In this document: positions 17,917 through 28,864 of the stretch, one piece after another | Layout: the number at the start of each line of letters is the position of its first letter | Position numbering within the stretch: position 1 is the stretch's first letter | DNA from: an uncultured bacterium | GTDB lineage: Bacteria > Actinomycetota > Acidimicrobiia > Spongiisociales > UBA5794 | Assembly: GCA_963801165.1 (NCBI GenBank) | Contig: CAWDDT010000007.1 | Location: forward strand, 64,001-128,000 | Length of the DNA: 64,000 nt | Direction: 5' to 3' | Notes under the pieces: model-generated | Databases searched by the model: none | Told to the model about the DNA's origin: nothing | Seen by the model: the letters and a program-made list of their open reading frames with translations, nothing else | Translations under genes and position numbers: made by a program

Positions 17917-18771
17917 ATGATCGATCTCGGCGCCGAGATATCCGCCGCCCTCGACTGCGTGGTGGTGACGATGACTCCGCTCGGTGGTGGTGACGTCGCC
18001 GACAGCTATCGAGCCGTTCTCGATGATGGGCGAGCCGTCTTCGCCAAGACCAAGAGAGACGCCGCAACCGGGTTCTTCGTCACCGAGGCGGTCGGGCTCG
18101 GCTGGTTACGTGAGGCGGGCGCGGCTGCGGTTCCTGAGGTGCTTGCTGTATCGGACGACCCGCCGTTCCTGATCCTGGACTGGATCGAGCCTGGATACCC
18201 GACCGGGACGACCGAGAGCGACTTCGGCCGTGCCCTCGCCGCGTTGCACCGGGCGGGTGCGCCCTTCTTTGGGCGGGAGGATCGCCGCACTACCGGTAGC
18301 CGTGGGCTGCCAAACGATCCGGAGACCTCGTGGGCGGAGTTCTACGCAGAGCAACGCCTGGTGCCCCTGGCACGCCTGTGCCGGGACTCAGGCTCTTTGC
18401 CGAAGCGGGCGATCGCCGGGCTCGAGTCTGTAGCGAACCGCATCGACGATCTGGCGCCGCCCGAGGAGCCGCCATCCCGGCTGCACGGTGACCTCTGGGC
18501 GGGCAACCGTCTCGTCGGAGCGGGTGGAGTGAGCTGGCTCATCGACCCCGCAGCCTTCGGCGGGCATCGTGAGTTCGACCTGGCCATGATGCGTCTGTTT
18601 GGTGGTTTCGGCCGCGATTGCTTCGCCGCCTACGAGGAGACGTTCCCGCTTGCTGCGGGTTGGGAGTGGCGGATCCCGCTGCACCAGCTCGCCCCGCTGG
18701 CGGTACACGCCATCAAGTTCGGTGGCTCCTATGTTTCGGCGACCCAACATGCCCTGGATGCTTTGCGATAG
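17917..18771 (+). CDS. Fructosamine kinase family protein
   Basis: LHGDLWAGN, LIDPA, GGHREFDLAMM; CACACT-N6-ATG leaderless start. Confidence 0.92.
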   Translation: MIDLGAEISAALDCVVVTMTPLGGGDVADSYRAVLDDGRAVFAKTKRDAATGFFVTEAVGLGWLREAGAAAVPEVLAVSDDPPFLILDWIEPGYPTGTTESDFGRALAALHRAGAPFFGREDRRTTGSRGLPNDPETSWAEFYAEQRLVPLARLCRDSGSLPKRAIAGLESVANRIDDLAPPEEPPSRLHGDLWAGNRLVGAGGVSWLIDPAAFGGHREFDLAMMRLFGGFGRDCFAAYEETFPLAAGWEWRIPLHQLAPLAVHAIKFGGSYVSATQHALDALR

Positions 18772-18823
18772 CGCTCCCGGTCCCTGGGGTCGGTCGGCCA
18801 CCTCGAGAGTCGGCACAAAAGGC

Positions 18824-18850
18824 TCAAGATCGGTCCGGCAAGACCGAACA
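18824..18850 (+). promoter_or_regulatory. Candidate sigma28 (FliA/WhiG)-type promoter
   Basis: TCAAG-N14-ACCGAACA, ending 6 nt before ATG 18857. Confidence 0.5.
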
Positions 18851-18856
18851 CATCCC

Positions 18857-19462
18857 ATGACCTTATATGTCGGTTCATTGCGGATAGCCGAGACAAATGA
18901 CGTGGTCGAAGCCCAGTTCGACGTCGCCGAAGATGAGCTCACCGTCAGTACAGATGGCGAGCAGCTGGGAACCTGGCCGCTGCGCGAGATCGGCCTCGAC
19001 GACACCGGGACAGAGATCTATATGGCACTCGGTGGCGAAGATGTCATCGTCAACATGCGCGATCGCGATGCGTTCGTGGCTGCAATCACACCTCCCAAGA
19101 AAGCTAGAGCCCGCCATGCCAAGCCGAAGCGGACCAGGCCGGAGATGCCCCACATGCTGGGTGCGGTCCGCCGGTTGGTGGACCGTGACCAGTGGCGGGA
19201 CTGGCTGTCGGACCGATTGGTTCGGTGGGTCATTGCGTCGGGCGTCGTCATCATCGTGGCGTTGCTGGCGCTCTTTGCCACGAGCAGCCTGGGCATGGTC
19301 CTCGTACTCGGGGGCATGGTCGCCATGGTGATCGCCGCCCTCGCCGTCAGCGAGGATCTGAGCGCGGTCAGTTGGGTGCCGGAGCAGCTGTCCGAAGCGA
19401 CTCTCGTGATGATTGGTGTCGCGGCCATGGCACTCGGCGGTCTTCTGATCTTTCTCGACTGA
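18857..19462 (+). CDS. Hypothetical membrane protein (soluble beta-rich N-terminus, three C-terminal TM helices)
   Basis: Plausible composition and hydrophobic C-terminus; fills the gap between the kinase and qor; no family recognised. Confidence 0.7.
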   Translation: MTLYVGSLRIAETNDVVEAQFDVAEDELTVSTDGEQLGTWPLREIGLDDTGTEIYMALGGEDVIVNMRDRDAFVAAITPPKKARARHAKPKRTRPEMPHMLGAVRRLVDRDQWRDWLSDRLVRWVIASGVVIIVALLALFATSSLGMVLVLGGMVAMVIAALAVSEDLSAVSWVPEQLSEATLVMIGVAAMALGGLLIFLD

Positions 19463-19483
19463 GAACGCCTCGACTGAGAACGC
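19454..19483. repeat. 15-bp perfect tandem duplication CTCGACTGAGAACGC spanning a stop codon
   Basis: Seen directly between convergent genes. Confidence 0.9.
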
Positions 19484-19492
19484 ATCGGCGAC

Positions 19493-20461
19493 TCAGGGCA
19501 CTAGAAGCACCTTGCCCGACGTCTCGCGACTCTCGAGCGCCCGGTGGGCGGCCGCCGCCTCGGCGAGTGGCATCGTCCTGTCGACGTTGAGATCCAGATC
19601 ACCTTTCGTGATCAGAGCAGTCAACGCATCCACACGCGCTAGCAATGTTTCCCGGTCGGGTATGTAGCTGCCCAACGTGGGTCTGGTCACGTAAAGCGAG
19701 CCGAGCCTTGCCAGGACACCGAGATCGAACGGTGGCACGACCCCGCTCGACTGGCCGAACAGGACCATGAGACCGCGCGGTTTGAGCAGCATGAGCCCCC
19801 TCTCGAACGTTGCGGCGCCGACACCGTCGTAAACGACGTCGAGAGAACGATCCCCTGCGATTTGCTCGACCGCCTCCACGAAGTCTTCATCGGTGTAGTT
19901 GATGACGTGGGTTGCGCCCGCTTCCCCGGCTAGTGCAGCCTTGCTCGCGCTCGAGACCGTCGTGAAGACCTCGGCGCCGGCCCGGCGGGCCAGTTGAACC
20001 AGCAAACGTCCGACGCCACCGGCGCCGGCGTGAACCAGACAGCGATGATCCGACGAGAGATGGAAGACGCTGGTGGCCAGGTAATGGGCGGTGATCCCTT
20101 GCATCATCATCGCCGCGGCGTCCATCAGAGAGATACTCTCCGGAACCGCGACGGCCCTATCGGCCGCTATGACGACGTTCTCCGCATAGGAGCCGAGCTG
20201 ATCCGCCCACGCGACCCGATCACCCTTGTGAAAGCCCGTGACCCCGGGACCGGTGGCTTCTACCACTCCGCTGCCCTCCAGCCCTGGAGTGAACGGCGTT
20301 CCCACCGGGTAGATGCCGCGACGGTGGTAGGTGTCGATGTAATTGAGCCCGGCAGCAACCACGGCCACTAGGAGTTGACCCTCGGCCGGCTCGGGAAGCG
20401 GTGTCTCTTCCCAGACCAGTTGCTCGGGACCGCCCGGCTGGTGAACCCGTATCGAATGCAT
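19493..20461 (-). CDS. qor: NADPH:quinone oxidoreductase (zeta-crystallin family)
   Basis: [39 protein letters not shown]. Confidence 0.93.
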   Translation of the reverse strand: MHSIRVHQPGGPEQLVWEETPLPEPAEGQLLVAVVAAGLNYIDTYHRRGIYPVGTPFTPGLEGSGVVEATGPGVTGFHKGDRVAWADQLGSYAENVVIAADRAVAVPESISLMDAAAMMMQGITAHYLATSVFHLSSDHRCLVHAGAGGVGRLLVQLARRAGAEVFTTVSSASKAALAGEAGATHVINYTDEDFVEAVEQIAGDRSLDVVYDGVGAATFERGLMLLKPRGLMVLFGQSSGVVPPFDLGVLARLGSLYVTRPTLGSYIPDRETLLARVDALTALITKGDLDLNVDRTMPLAEAAAAHRALESRETSGKVLLVP

Positions 20462-20543
20462 ACCCTGGGCAGCATACCGATCGACCGGGTGCGATAGTGT
20501 CTGGTCACGGGCTCGAGTCGCCCGAAGCCGACACGGAGAGACA

Positions 20544-22172
20544 ATGGTCCTCAACCAAGACGCAAAGGAATGGGTTGCGCTGCGCAACCACCGTGACGAG
20601 ACGTCGTTCGAGCTGCGGGAGCTGTTTGCGGCCGATCCCCAGCGAGCGGAGCGATTCACCTACGGGGCGGGCGACCTGGTGGTCGACCTCTCCAAGCACC
20701 TCGTCGACGCCACCACGATGGCGTTGCTGGTGCAGCTCGCCGAGTCCTCAGGTCTCGAAGCCCGTATCGAGGGCATGTTCTCGGGAGAGCACATCAACAC
20801 CACCGAGGACCGGGCGGTCCTGCACACTGCGCTGCGCGCAGCGTCCGGCGATGACTTCAGCGCCGATGGAGTCGATGTCGTTCCCGAGGTACATGCCGTC
20901 CTCGATGCGATGGGCGTATTCGCCGAACGAGTCCGCTCCGGGGATTGGCGGGGCCATAGCGGGATGCCGATCCACACCGTGGTGAACATCGGGATCGGCG
21001 GCTCCGATCTGGGCCCCTTGATGTCGTACAGGGCGCTGCGGCACTATCGACACCCCGAGATCGAAGTCCGCTTCGTCTCCAACATCGACCCGGCCCACCT
21101 GGTGGCTGCGCTGGCCGACCTCGATCCTGCGGAGACCCTTTTCGTGATTGCCTCAAAGACGTTCACGACTCTCGAGACGCTCACCAACGCCCGGGCCGCA
21201 AGAGACTGGACTCTCGAGCGGTTCAGCGGTGACGAGACCTCGATCGCCAAGCACTTCGTGGCCGTCTCAACCAACGAGGAGGAAGTCGGCGCGTTCGGCA
21301 TCGACACCGCCAACATGTTTGGGTTCTGGGACTGGGTCGGGGGCCGATACTCCTTCGACTCGGCAATCGGGCTCTCGCTGATGATCGCCATAGGACCGCG
21401 TCCTTTCAGCGAGATGCTCGGCGGATTCCGGGCTATGGACCAGCACTTCCGTACGACGCCGTTCGACCGCAACATCCCGGTCCTACTCGGCCTGATCGGC
21501 ATTTGGTACCGCAACGTCCTCGGCTTCCCCACCTATGCGGTGCTGCCCTACTCCCAGGATCTCGGCAGGTTCCCGGCCTACCTGCAACAGCTCGACATGG
21601 AATCGAACGGCAAGCGAGTGCGGCTGGACGGCTCGCCGGTCGACACGGACACGGGTCCGATCCTGTGGGGAGAGCCGGGGACCAACGGTCAGCATGCCTT
21701 CTTCCAGCTGCTCCACCAGGGAACCAGCGTCGTTCCGTCTGATCTCATCGGATTCTTCGAGGCGACCGACGATATCGGGCTCCAACACGACCTCCTTGTG
21801 GCAAATCTGTTCGCCCAGGCGGAGGCGCTGGCTTTTGGCAAGACCGCCGACGAGGTGAGGGCCTCGGGTGTCGTGCCCGACCAGGTTCCGCACAGGACGT
21901 TCCCCGGCAACCGGCCGACCTCGATGATTCTCCTACCAAAACTGACCCCGGCGACACTCGGTCAGCTCGTCGCTCTCTACGAGCACAAGGTATTCACCCA
22001 GGGTGTGATCTGGGGCATCAACTCATTCGACCAATGGGGTGTCGAGCTGGGCAAGGTCCTGGCAACAAAAATCATCGGCGAGCTCGCCGACCCTTCGCTC
22101 AGCCTCGACCACGACGCATCGACGAATGCGCTGATCGAGCGCTACCGCAATCGGCGCCACCCGGGGACCTAG
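20544..22172 (+). CDS. pgi: Glucose-6-phosphate isomerase
   Basis: [38 protein letters not shown]. Confidence 0.98.
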   Translation: MVLNQDAKEWVALRNHRDETSFELRELFAADPQRAERFTYGAGDLVVDLSKHLVDATTMALLVQLAESSGLEARIEGMFSGEHINTTEDRAVLHTALRAASGDDFSADGVDVVPEVHAVLDAMGVFAERVRSGDWRGHSGMPIHTVVNIGIGGSDLGPLMSYRALRHYRHPEIEVRFVSNIDPAHLVAALADLDPAETLFVIASKTFTTLETLTNARAARDWTLERFSGDETSIAKHFVAVSTNEEEVGAFGIDTANMFGFWDWVGGRYSFDSAIGLSLMIAIGPRPFSEMLGGFRAMDQHFRTTPFDRNIPVLLGLIGIWYRNVLGFPTYAVLPYSQDLGRFPAYLQQLDMESNGKRVRLDGSPVDTDTGPILWGEPGTNGQHAFFQLLHQGTSVVPSDLIGFFEATDDIGLQHDLLVANLFAQAEALAFGKTADEVRASGVVPDQVPHRTFPGNRPTSMILLPKLTPATLGQLVALYEHKVFTQGVIWGINSFDQWGVELGKVLATKIIGELADPSLSLDHDASTNALIERYRNRRHPGT

Positions 22173-22228
22173 CGCTCCGGTCGCCACAAATTGCCATCGA
22201 TCGCTGTCAAGCGTATCCGCGGACAAGA

Positions 22229-22278
22229 GTTCACATTCGTGTCACACAAGGGTGTGTTTCGGTTCACCTGGTGTACCT
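22229..22278 (+). promoter_or_regulatory. PHO box array (11-bp phased GTTCAC units)
   Basis: GTTCAC at 22229, TGTCAC at 22240, GTTCAC at 22262, all in 11-bp phase upstream of pstS; matches actinobacterial PhoP/RegX3 direct-repeat units. Confidence 0.75.
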
Positions 22279-22377
22279 ACTTTGCATCACAACCGGGCGA
22301 GCGTGGCTGGGCCCCAACGGAATGGTGGGCACCGGCTCAGTGAGTAGCCCGGCAGCGGAACACTTAGGAAGGTATCA

Positions 22378-23484
22378 ATGAGATCCTTTAGTTGGAGAAT
22401 TCTCGTTGCCTCGTTGGCCGTCTTTGCGCTGCTGGTTGGCGCGTGCGGCGGTGACAACACCGGCACGACGACGACGGCGGGTACGGGTGAGGCCACAACG
22501 GCAGGGGAAAAGCTCTCCGCCGACCTGCTCGGCGCCGGAGCATCGTTCCCGGCGCCCATCTACCAGGAGTGGATAGGCGAGTACCAGACGACGGTACAGC
22601 CCGGAGTGTCGATCAACTACCAGTCGATCGGATCGGGTGGTGGCGTCGAGCAGTTCATCGGCCTGCAAACCGATTTTGGTGCGTCCGACGCCTTCCTCTC
22701 CGATGAGGATCTCGCCGCCGCTCATGACGCTCGCGGCTGTGATGCCGTCCATATCCCGACGGTGTTCGGCGCCGTTTCTATCGGCTACAACCTGGAAGGG
22801 ATCGACAAGCTCATTCTGGACGGCCCGACGCTTGCCGACATCTTCCTCGGAAACATCGACAATTGGAGCGACCCGGCCCTAGCCGCGCTCAACCCGGCGG
22901 TGACGCTGCCTGATGAGCCCATAATCGTGGCGCATCGGTCGGACGGTTCGGGAACCACCAGCATTTTCACCACCTATCTCTCCGATGTCTCTCAGGCTTG
23001 GGCAGACGGGCCCGGCAAGGGCAAAGACGTCGAATGGCCGGCCCCGAACTCGGTTGGCGGTGAGAAGAACGACGGTGTTGCTGCCCAGATCCAGCAGAAC
23101 CCCGGTGCGGTCGGGTATATCGAACTCTCGTATGCCATCGAGACCGACATCCCGGTCGCCGACATGGTGAACGCCGACGGCAACGCCATCACCCCGACGC
23201 TGGAGTCGACCGCGGCCGCTGCCGACGGGATCACGATCCCGGACGACCTGCGGTTCAACATTCTCGGTGTGGGCGGCGACGGCTACCCGATCGCCGGCGC
23301 CACCTGGCTCCTGGTGTGGAAGTGCGGGTACGACGAGAGCACGACGGCGGCGCTCAAAGACTGGATCACCTGGGATCTGACCCAGGGCGACGACCTGGCT
23401 CGGGAACTGCTCTATTCGCCGCTTCCGGACTCTCTCCAGGAGAAGGCTCTCGCCAAGGTTGATCTGATCAACTCGGAGGGTTGA
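22378..23484 (+). CDS. pstS: Phosphate ABC transporter substrate-binding lipoprotein
   Basis: Lipobox, GAGASFP, YQSIGSGGG, HRSDGSGTT. Confidence 0.97.
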   Translation: MRSFSWRILVASLAVFALLVGACGGDNTGTTTTAGTGEATTAGEKLSADLLGAGASFPAPIYQEWIGEYQTTVQPGVSINYQSIGSGGGVEQFIGLQTDFGASDAFLSDEDLAAAHDARGCDAVHIPTVFGAVSIGYNLEGIDKLILDGPTLADIFLGNIDNWSDPALAALNPAVTLPDEPIIVAHRSDGSGTTSIFTTYLSDVSQAWADGPGKGKDVEWPAPNSVGGEKNDGVAAQIQQNPGAVGYIELSYAIETDIPVADMVNADGNAITPTLESTAAAADGITIPDDLRFNILGVGGDGYPIAGATWLLVWKCGYDESTTAALKDWITWDLTQGDDLARELLYSPLPDSLQEKALAKVDLINSEG

Positions 23485-23511
23485 TCGCCCTGCTCCAACG
23501 AAACGCGGCAT

Positions 23512-23546
23512 GGCTCTGCGGACCTCTGTTGCAGGTCCGCAGAGCC
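23512..23546. terminator. 14-bp perfect stem-loop between pstS and pstC (mRNA stabiliser or partial terminator)
   Basis: GGCTCTGCGGACCT-N7-AGGTCCGCAGAGCC; no U-tract. Confidence 0.75.
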
Positions 23547-23586
23547 TGCCGGTACATTCGAGGCCGAGGACGGACGTGGAGGACCG

Positions 23587-24582
23587 ATGACAGCAACGGA
23601 CACGACTGATGGTGTGGCCGGCAGACCCTCGCTCGCGGGGACGAAGTCGTCCGCCGACAAGTGGTTCCGCTGGCTTCTGACCATCGCCGGAACGAGCGTG
23701 CTGGTCATCCTGGCGACGATGATGATGTTCACCGTCATCGATGCCTGGCCCGTATTCCGCCACGAAGGGTGGAGCTTCGTCTTCAGTTCCACCTGGGACC
23801 CGGGCGTTTCCCGCACCGAGATCACCGGCCAGTATGGGGCCCTGGCGTTCATCGTCGGGACGCTGCTGACCTCGGCGATCGCATTGGTGGTGGCCGTTCC
23901 CCTGTCCATCGGAACGGCTCTGTACCTGACGCACGCGGCACCTCGGGCGATCAAGAACCCGCTCACATATGCGGTGGAGTTGCTCGCGGCAGTGCCGAGC
24001 GTTGTCTACGGGCTGTGGGGTTTACTGTTCTTTGTCCCGGTGGTTTTACGGCCGATCATGAACTTCGTCGCCCGGACCCTCGGGAGCTTTATCCCGTTCC
24101 TCGGTCCGCCGGTCGTCACCTACAACTACTTCGCCGCCGGAATCGTGCTGGCCATCATGGTGCTGCCCATCATCACGGCAGTGACGCGTGAGGTCATGTC
24201 GAAGACCCCGGCGAGCGAGATCGCTGCGGCATATGCGTTGGGGGCGACGAGGTGGGAGATGATGCGGTTCGTCGTCCTGCACCGGGCTCGTCCCGGAATC
24301 ATCGGAGCGACGATGCTCGGGCTGGGCAGAGCGCTCGGTGAGACGATCGCCGTCGCCATGCTCGTCGGCGGCTCGAAACTGATCGGGCACAGCGTTTTCC
24401 TCGGTGGACAATCAATGGCCGGGATCATCGCGGTGACATTCCAGGAGGCGGCTCCCGAGAACGTCAAGGCACTCATCGGTGTCGGCGTCGTTCTGTTCGT
24501 GATCACGATCATCGTCAATGTGGCTGCACGGGGGATTGTGTTACTCACGGGGGGCCACGTCACCGGAGATGCGGCGCTATGA
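23587..24582 (+). CDS. pstC: Phosphate ABC transporter permease
   Basis: ELLAAVPSVVYGLWG, GRALGETIAV. Confidence 0.96.
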   Translation: MTATDTTDGVAGRPSLAGTKSSADKWFRWLLTIAGTSVLVILATMMMFTVIDAWPVFRHEGWSFVFSSTWDPGVSRTEITGQYGALAFIVGTLLTSAIALVVAVPLSIGTALYLTHAAPRAIKNPLTYAVELLAAVPSVVYGLWGLLFFVPVVLRPIMNFVARTLGSFIPFLGPPVVTYNYFAAGIVLAIMVLPIITAVTREVMSKTPASEIAAAYALGATRWEMMRFVVLHRARPGIIGATMLGLGRALGETIAVAMLVGGSKLIGHSVFLGGQSMAGIIAVTFQEAAPENVKALIGVGVVLFVITIIVNVAARGIVLLTGGHVTGDAAL

Positions 24583-25490
24583 GCATCGATAGCGCGCCCA
24601 CGAACGCACGCCCGAGCCTGCACACCAGAAGCGCAAACGCCGCCAAACGCAAGCGGAAAGATCGGATGATGACGGGTTTGTTGATCTTCTGCGTCACGCT
24701 TGTTCTGATCCCGATTGCTCTTATCTTGTACCAGGTGGTCCAGCGGGGAATCGGGGCGATGTCCTGGGAGTTCCTGTCCAAGGTGCAGCCTTTCGCGCAG
24801 CGGCGTGAGGGTGGCGGCTACCTCAACGGTCTCTTCGGAACGCTTTATCTGCTCGTGATCGCCGTCACGGTCGCAGTGCCGCTCGGTATCGCCACAGCCA
24901 CCTTCATTGTCGAGTACAAGGACAGCAAGCTGAGCCCGGTCATCCGGTTCTTCACCGACGTCATGAGCGGGGTTCCCTCCATCTTCATCGGCCTCTACAT
25001 CTATGCGCTCCTCGTCCAGGGCCGGATCGGATTCTCCATCGGCTTCTCGACACTCGCCGGTGGGCTCGCTCTCAGCCTGCTGATGCTGCCGATTGTGGCG
25101 CGGGCTTCCGAGGAGGTGCTGCGTCTGGTCCCGGACGATCTCCGCAACGCCGCGTTCGGTTTGGGAGCACGACGATGGCAAGTGGTCACCAAGACGGTGC
25201 TACCGGCCGCGTCGAGCGGTCTCATCACAGGATCGATGCTGGCCGTGGGTCGAGCCGCCGGAGAGACCGCACCGCTCCTTCTCACCGCATTGGGGGCATT
25301 TGTCGTAACACCGGCGCTGGTGAACTCCCCCCAGTCGGCGTTGCCCCTCCTCATATACAACGAAGCACGAGGGCCATTCGACGCGGCGCACGCCAGAGCC
25401 TGGGCGGGGGCACTCGAGCTCATGCTGCTGGTCCTCATCCTCACCATCGTCGCTCGAGCGGTGAACCGGAACCACGACATGGAGCAGTAG
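24579..25490 (+). CDS. pstA: Phosphate ABC transporter permease
   Basis: GVPSIFIG, RAAGETAPLL, RAWAGAL; ATGA overlap with pstC. Confidence 0.96.
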   Translation: MSIDSAPTNARPSLHTRSANAAKRKRKDRMMTGLLIFCVTLVLIPIALILYQVVQRGIGAMSWEFLSKVQPFAQRREGGGYLNGLFGTLYLLVIAVTVAVPLGIATATFIVEYKDSKLSPVIRFFTDVMSGVPSIFIGLYIYALLVQGRIGFSIGFSTLAGGLALSLLMLPIVARASEEVLRLVPDDLRNAAFGLGARRWQVVTKTVLPAASSGLITGSMLAVGRAAGETAPLLLTALGAFVVTPALVNSPQSALPLLIYNEARGPFDAAHARAWAGALELMLLVLILTIVARAVNRNHDMEQ

Positions 25491-25520
25491 CAATGTCGAC
25501 AGCCGATTGGAAGAGAGCGC

Positions 25521-26450
25521 ATGCACGACGAACAGAGCACTACGAGGGATACGGAGCGGGGCGAGACGATGGCAGGTGAAACCGCCACCGCACGAAGTGC
25601 CCAGCCGTCCGCTCGACCGACTGCGCGGCTCGACGCGGCGGTTCCCGGCTCTGCAACCGGGCTGGAGCCGGCCGCCGACGTCGTGATGGCAACACGGAGC
25701 ATGGAGGTCTACTACCGCGACTTCCGTGCGATCGACCCGATGGACATCGACTTCAGCGCCAGGCAGATCACCGCTCTGATCGGTCCCTCCGGTTGCGGAA
25801 AGTCGACCGCGCTTCGCTCGCTCAACCGGATGAACGACCTCATCGCCGGAGCGAGAGTCATCGGCTCGGTCACCTACCACGGCGAGGACATATACGACAA
25901 CGGCATCGACCCGGTGGAGATACGGCGCAGGATCGGGATGGTGTTCCAGAAGCCGAACCCTTTCCCCAAGTCGATATTCGACAACATCGCCTTTGGCCCC
26001 AGGATCGGCGGATTCAAGGGCAACATGGCCGAGTTGGTCGAGGAGTCCTTGCTGAAGGCCGCGCTTTGGGACGAGGTCAAGGACAAGCTGAACGAGTCAG
26101 CGTTCGCTCTCTCCGGCGGCCAGCAGCAACGGCTCTGTATCGCCAGGGCGATCGCTACCAGCCCCGACGTGCTGTTGATGGACGAGCCGTGCTCGGCGCT
26201 CGACCCGATTGCCACGCTGCGGATCGAGGAGCTGATGATGGAGCTCAAGGAGAACTACTCGATCATCATCGTCACTCACAACATGCAGCAGGCGGCCCGG
26301 GTATCGGACATGACCGCGTTCTTCAATGTCGCACTGAACGACAGGGGGCAGCGGACGGGTCATCTCGTCGAGTTCAGCCCCACCGACCAACTCTTCACGT
26401 CGCCGAGAGAGAAAGCCACCGAGGACTACATAACCGGCCGGTTCGGCTGA
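25521..26450 (+). CDS. pstB: Phosphate ABC transporter ATPase (start could be 25569)
   Basis: [36 protein letters not shown]. Confidence 0.97.
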   Translation: MHDEQSTTRDTERGETMAGETATARSAQPSARPTARLDAAVPGSATGLEPAADVVMATRSMEVYYRDFRAIDPMDIDFSARQITALIGPSGCGKSTALRSLNRMNDLIAGARVIGSVTYHGEDIYDNGIDPVEIRRRIGMVFQKPNPFPKSIFDNIAFGPRIGGFKGNMAELVEESLLKAALWDEVKDKLNESAFALSGGQQQRLCIARAIATSPDVLLMDEPCSALDPIATLRIEELMMELKENYSIIIVTHNMQQAARVSDMTAFFNVALNDRGQRTGHLVEFSPTDQLFTSPREKATEDYITGRFG

Positions 26451-26463
26451 TCCGGGGGAGACG

Positions 26464-27195
26464 ATGACCACACACCGCAAGCTGGGCTCGGAGACCCCGA
26501 TGATGAGCGACCGGGGCCGCCACCATTTCGAAGAACAGCTCCACACGATCCAGCAGCAGCTCGTGACGATGGGCTCGCTCGTCCTCGAGAATGTGCGTCT
26601 TGCCGGCGATGCCATGGTCGAGGACCGGCTCGATCTCGTGGAGAAGGTGAGGGACGCGGACAACCGGGTCGACGAGATGTACCTGGAGACCGAGAAGCTC
26701 ACCTTTGGCACGCTGGCCCGTCAGCAGCCGGTTGCCGGAGACCTTCGCTTCCTGGTTGCAGCCACCCGCATTCTCTACGAGCTGGAACGTTCCGGTGACC
26801 TGGCGTACAACTGTGTGAAGATGCTCCAGCGCCTCTATGGCTTCTCGCAGCACGCCGTGATCACGCCACTGCTCGAGGCGACTGTTCTGGCGAGCTGCAA
26901 GGTGTTCGCTATGGGCATCGACGCCCTGGCCGATCTCGACCCCGACGCTGGGACGAAGATCGATGAGGCCGACGACGAGGTTGATGATCTCGTTTCCCGG
27001 TTCTACACCGTCGTCGGCAAGCACAGTGCTGAGATCGGTCTGGAGCAGGCGATCGGCCTGTCCCGGGTAGGCCGCTTCCTGGAGCGGATCGCAGACCACG
27101 CCGTCAACATCGGCGAGCACATCACTTACGTCGTGACCGCCGAGCTGCCCGGGGAAAGTCACAACGCAGCAGGCAACAACGCCCTCGAAGACTGA
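26464..27195 (+). CDS. phoU: Phosphate signalling complex protein
   Basis: QPVAGDLR, LERSGD, LERIADHAVNIGE. Confidence 0.95.
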   Translation: MTTHRKLGSETPMMSDRGRHHFEEQLHTIQQQLVTMGSLVLENVRLAGDAMVEDRLDLVEKVRDADNRVDEMYLETEKLTFGTLARQQPVAGDLRFLVAATRILYELERSGDLAYNCVKMLQRLYGFSQHAVITPLLEATVLASCKVFAMGIDALADLDPDAGTKIDEADDEVDDLVSRFYTVVGKHSAEIGLEQAIGLSRVGRFLERIADHAVNIGEHITYVVTAELPGESHNAAGNNALED

Positions 27196-27252
27196 GCTGC
27201 CCGCCATACGGTCGACTCGTCGTCGGGAATCCGAACCACGACACTGAGCATC

Positions 27253-28056
27253 ATGTCCGATACCGCGCCGCAGACCGGCATGCCATCGCTCCGTACGATC
27301 GCGTTGCCGGTCGAGCACGGTGGCTGGGGCTTCACCCTCGAGCCGGTCCTGCTCGGGCTGCTGGTCGCTCCATCCTTGGCCGCGTGGGCTCTGGCGCTGA
27401 CGGCGGTCGCTGTGTTTCTCGCCCGCAGGCCGACCAAGCTCGTGCTGGCCGATGTCCTACGGAATCGATGGCGGTCTCGCACCACCGTTGCCGCAGCCTT
27501 CACCGCTCTGTACGGAGTAATCGCCGTGGCCGGTATCACCGGTGCGCTGGCGAGCGGCGACAGGCGGCTTCTCGTCGCATACGGTGTTGCCGTTCCGCTT
27601 GCATTGGTTGCGGTGGCGGCTGATGTGAACCGAAAGAGCCGTACCCTGCTTGCTGAAGTCTGCGGTGCGACGGCAATGGGGGCCACGGTCACCGCCATGG
27701 CGAGCGCCGCCGGTTGGGAATATCAGGAGGCCGTTGGTCTCTGGCTCGTCCTCTTGGGGCGAGATCTGACCGCGATTGTCCTCGTCAGAGAGCAGATCCG
27801 GCGCGCCCACGGGCGACCCGGTGAGGTGTCTCGCGTTTACCTGGTTTGCGCACTAGCCATGATCGCGATGGCTGCGCTCGCCGCCGCGGGTTTCGTGCCC
27901 TGGCTTTCCGTGCTGGCTCTGGCCGGGATCGCATCACTGGCACGTGTCTCGCTGACCCGACCGCCCATCCCTGCCCGTGCGGTGGGCTGGACCCAGATGG
28001 TCACCGGTCTCGTGGTGGTGGTACTGACTGCCGTCGGGGTCAGGCTCGGTTGGTGA
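27253..28056 (+). CDS. YwiC-like membrane protein
   Basis: N-terminal PxEHGGW motif, multiple TM helices, C-terminal 'VGW'. Confidence 0.8.
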   Translation: MSDTAPQTGMPSLRTIALPVEHGGWGFTLEPVLLGLLVAPSLAAWALALTAVAVFLARRPTKLVLADVLRNRWRSRTTVAAAFTALYGVIAVAGITGALASGDRRLLVAYGVAVPLALVAVAADVNRKSRTLLAEVCGATAMGATVTAMASAAGWEYQEAVGLWLVLLGRDLTAIVLVREQIRRAHGRPGEVSRVYLVCALAMIAMAALAAAGFVPWLSVLALAGIASLARVSLTRPPIPARAVGWTQMVTGLVVVVLTAVGVRLGW

Positions 28057-28166
28057 GATCTGCTGGTGTGTCGGCTCTTCGGTCGGCCGTGTGAGGTCCG
28101 ATCGTCAGAATCGCTCAACCGGGTGTGCCACGATGTTGGTGAATCGAGGCGCAGGAGGTGACCAGG

Positions 28167-28829
28167 ATGCCGGAGAGGCCGGGGGCGGGTGGCGGCCACC
28201 TGTTCGGGTGGCGGCAGCCGACTAGTCACGAGCGGATGACGGGTGTGCCCTGGGATGCGTCGTACCAGGATGGTCCCGCACCTTGGGATACCGGTGGACC
28301 TCAGCCCGCAGTCGTGCGAGTGGCCGCTGAAGGCGGATTCGCCGGGGTCGTGCTCGATGCCGGATGCGGAACCGGCGAGAACGCCCTTCACGTCGCCTCA
28401 CTCGGATTGAAGGTGCTCGGAGTCGATGTGGCTGGGACCGCCCTGGCGATCGCCAGACAGAAAGCCGTCGACCGTGGGATCGATGCCGAGTTCGCTGCGG
28501 CCGATGCGCTCGGGCTCGAGCGGTTGGGCCGCAGGTTCGACACCGTTTTGGACTGTGGACTGTTTCACACCTTCGACGGCGACGAGCGACCCCAATACGT
28601 GGCGAGCCTGGCGGCAGTGACCGAGCACGGTGGGAAGCTGTTTGTGTTGTGCTTCAGTGACCGTGGTCCCAACACAGGCCCACACCCCATTAGCGAGGAA
28701 GAGTTGAGAACGGCGTTCGACCCCGGCGCCGGATGGGATGTCGGTGCCATCGAACCGGACCGGGTCCATACGAGATTCCACGACGACGCCGGTGCGCCGG
28801 CCTGGTTTGCCGCCATCAACCGGATCTAG
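28167..28829 (+). CDS. Class I SAM-dependent methyltransferase
   Basis: PWDTGGPQ, VLDAGCGTGE, DCGLFH; AGGAGG RBS before ATG 28167. Confidence 0.9.
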   Translation: MPERPGAGGGHLFGWRQPTSHERMTGVPWDASYQDGPAPWDTGGPQPAVVRVAAEGGFAGVVLDAGCGTGENALHVASLGLKVLGVDVAGTALAIARQKAVDRGIDAEFAAADALGLERLGRRFDTVLDCGLFHTFDGDERPQYVASLAAVTEHGGKLFVLCFSDRGPNTGPHPISEEELRTAFDPGAGWDVGAIEPDRVHTRFHDDAGAPAWFAAINRI

Positions 28830-28864
28830 GTGGGAACTCGTTGGGCCAGTCGATGCTCCGGGCT

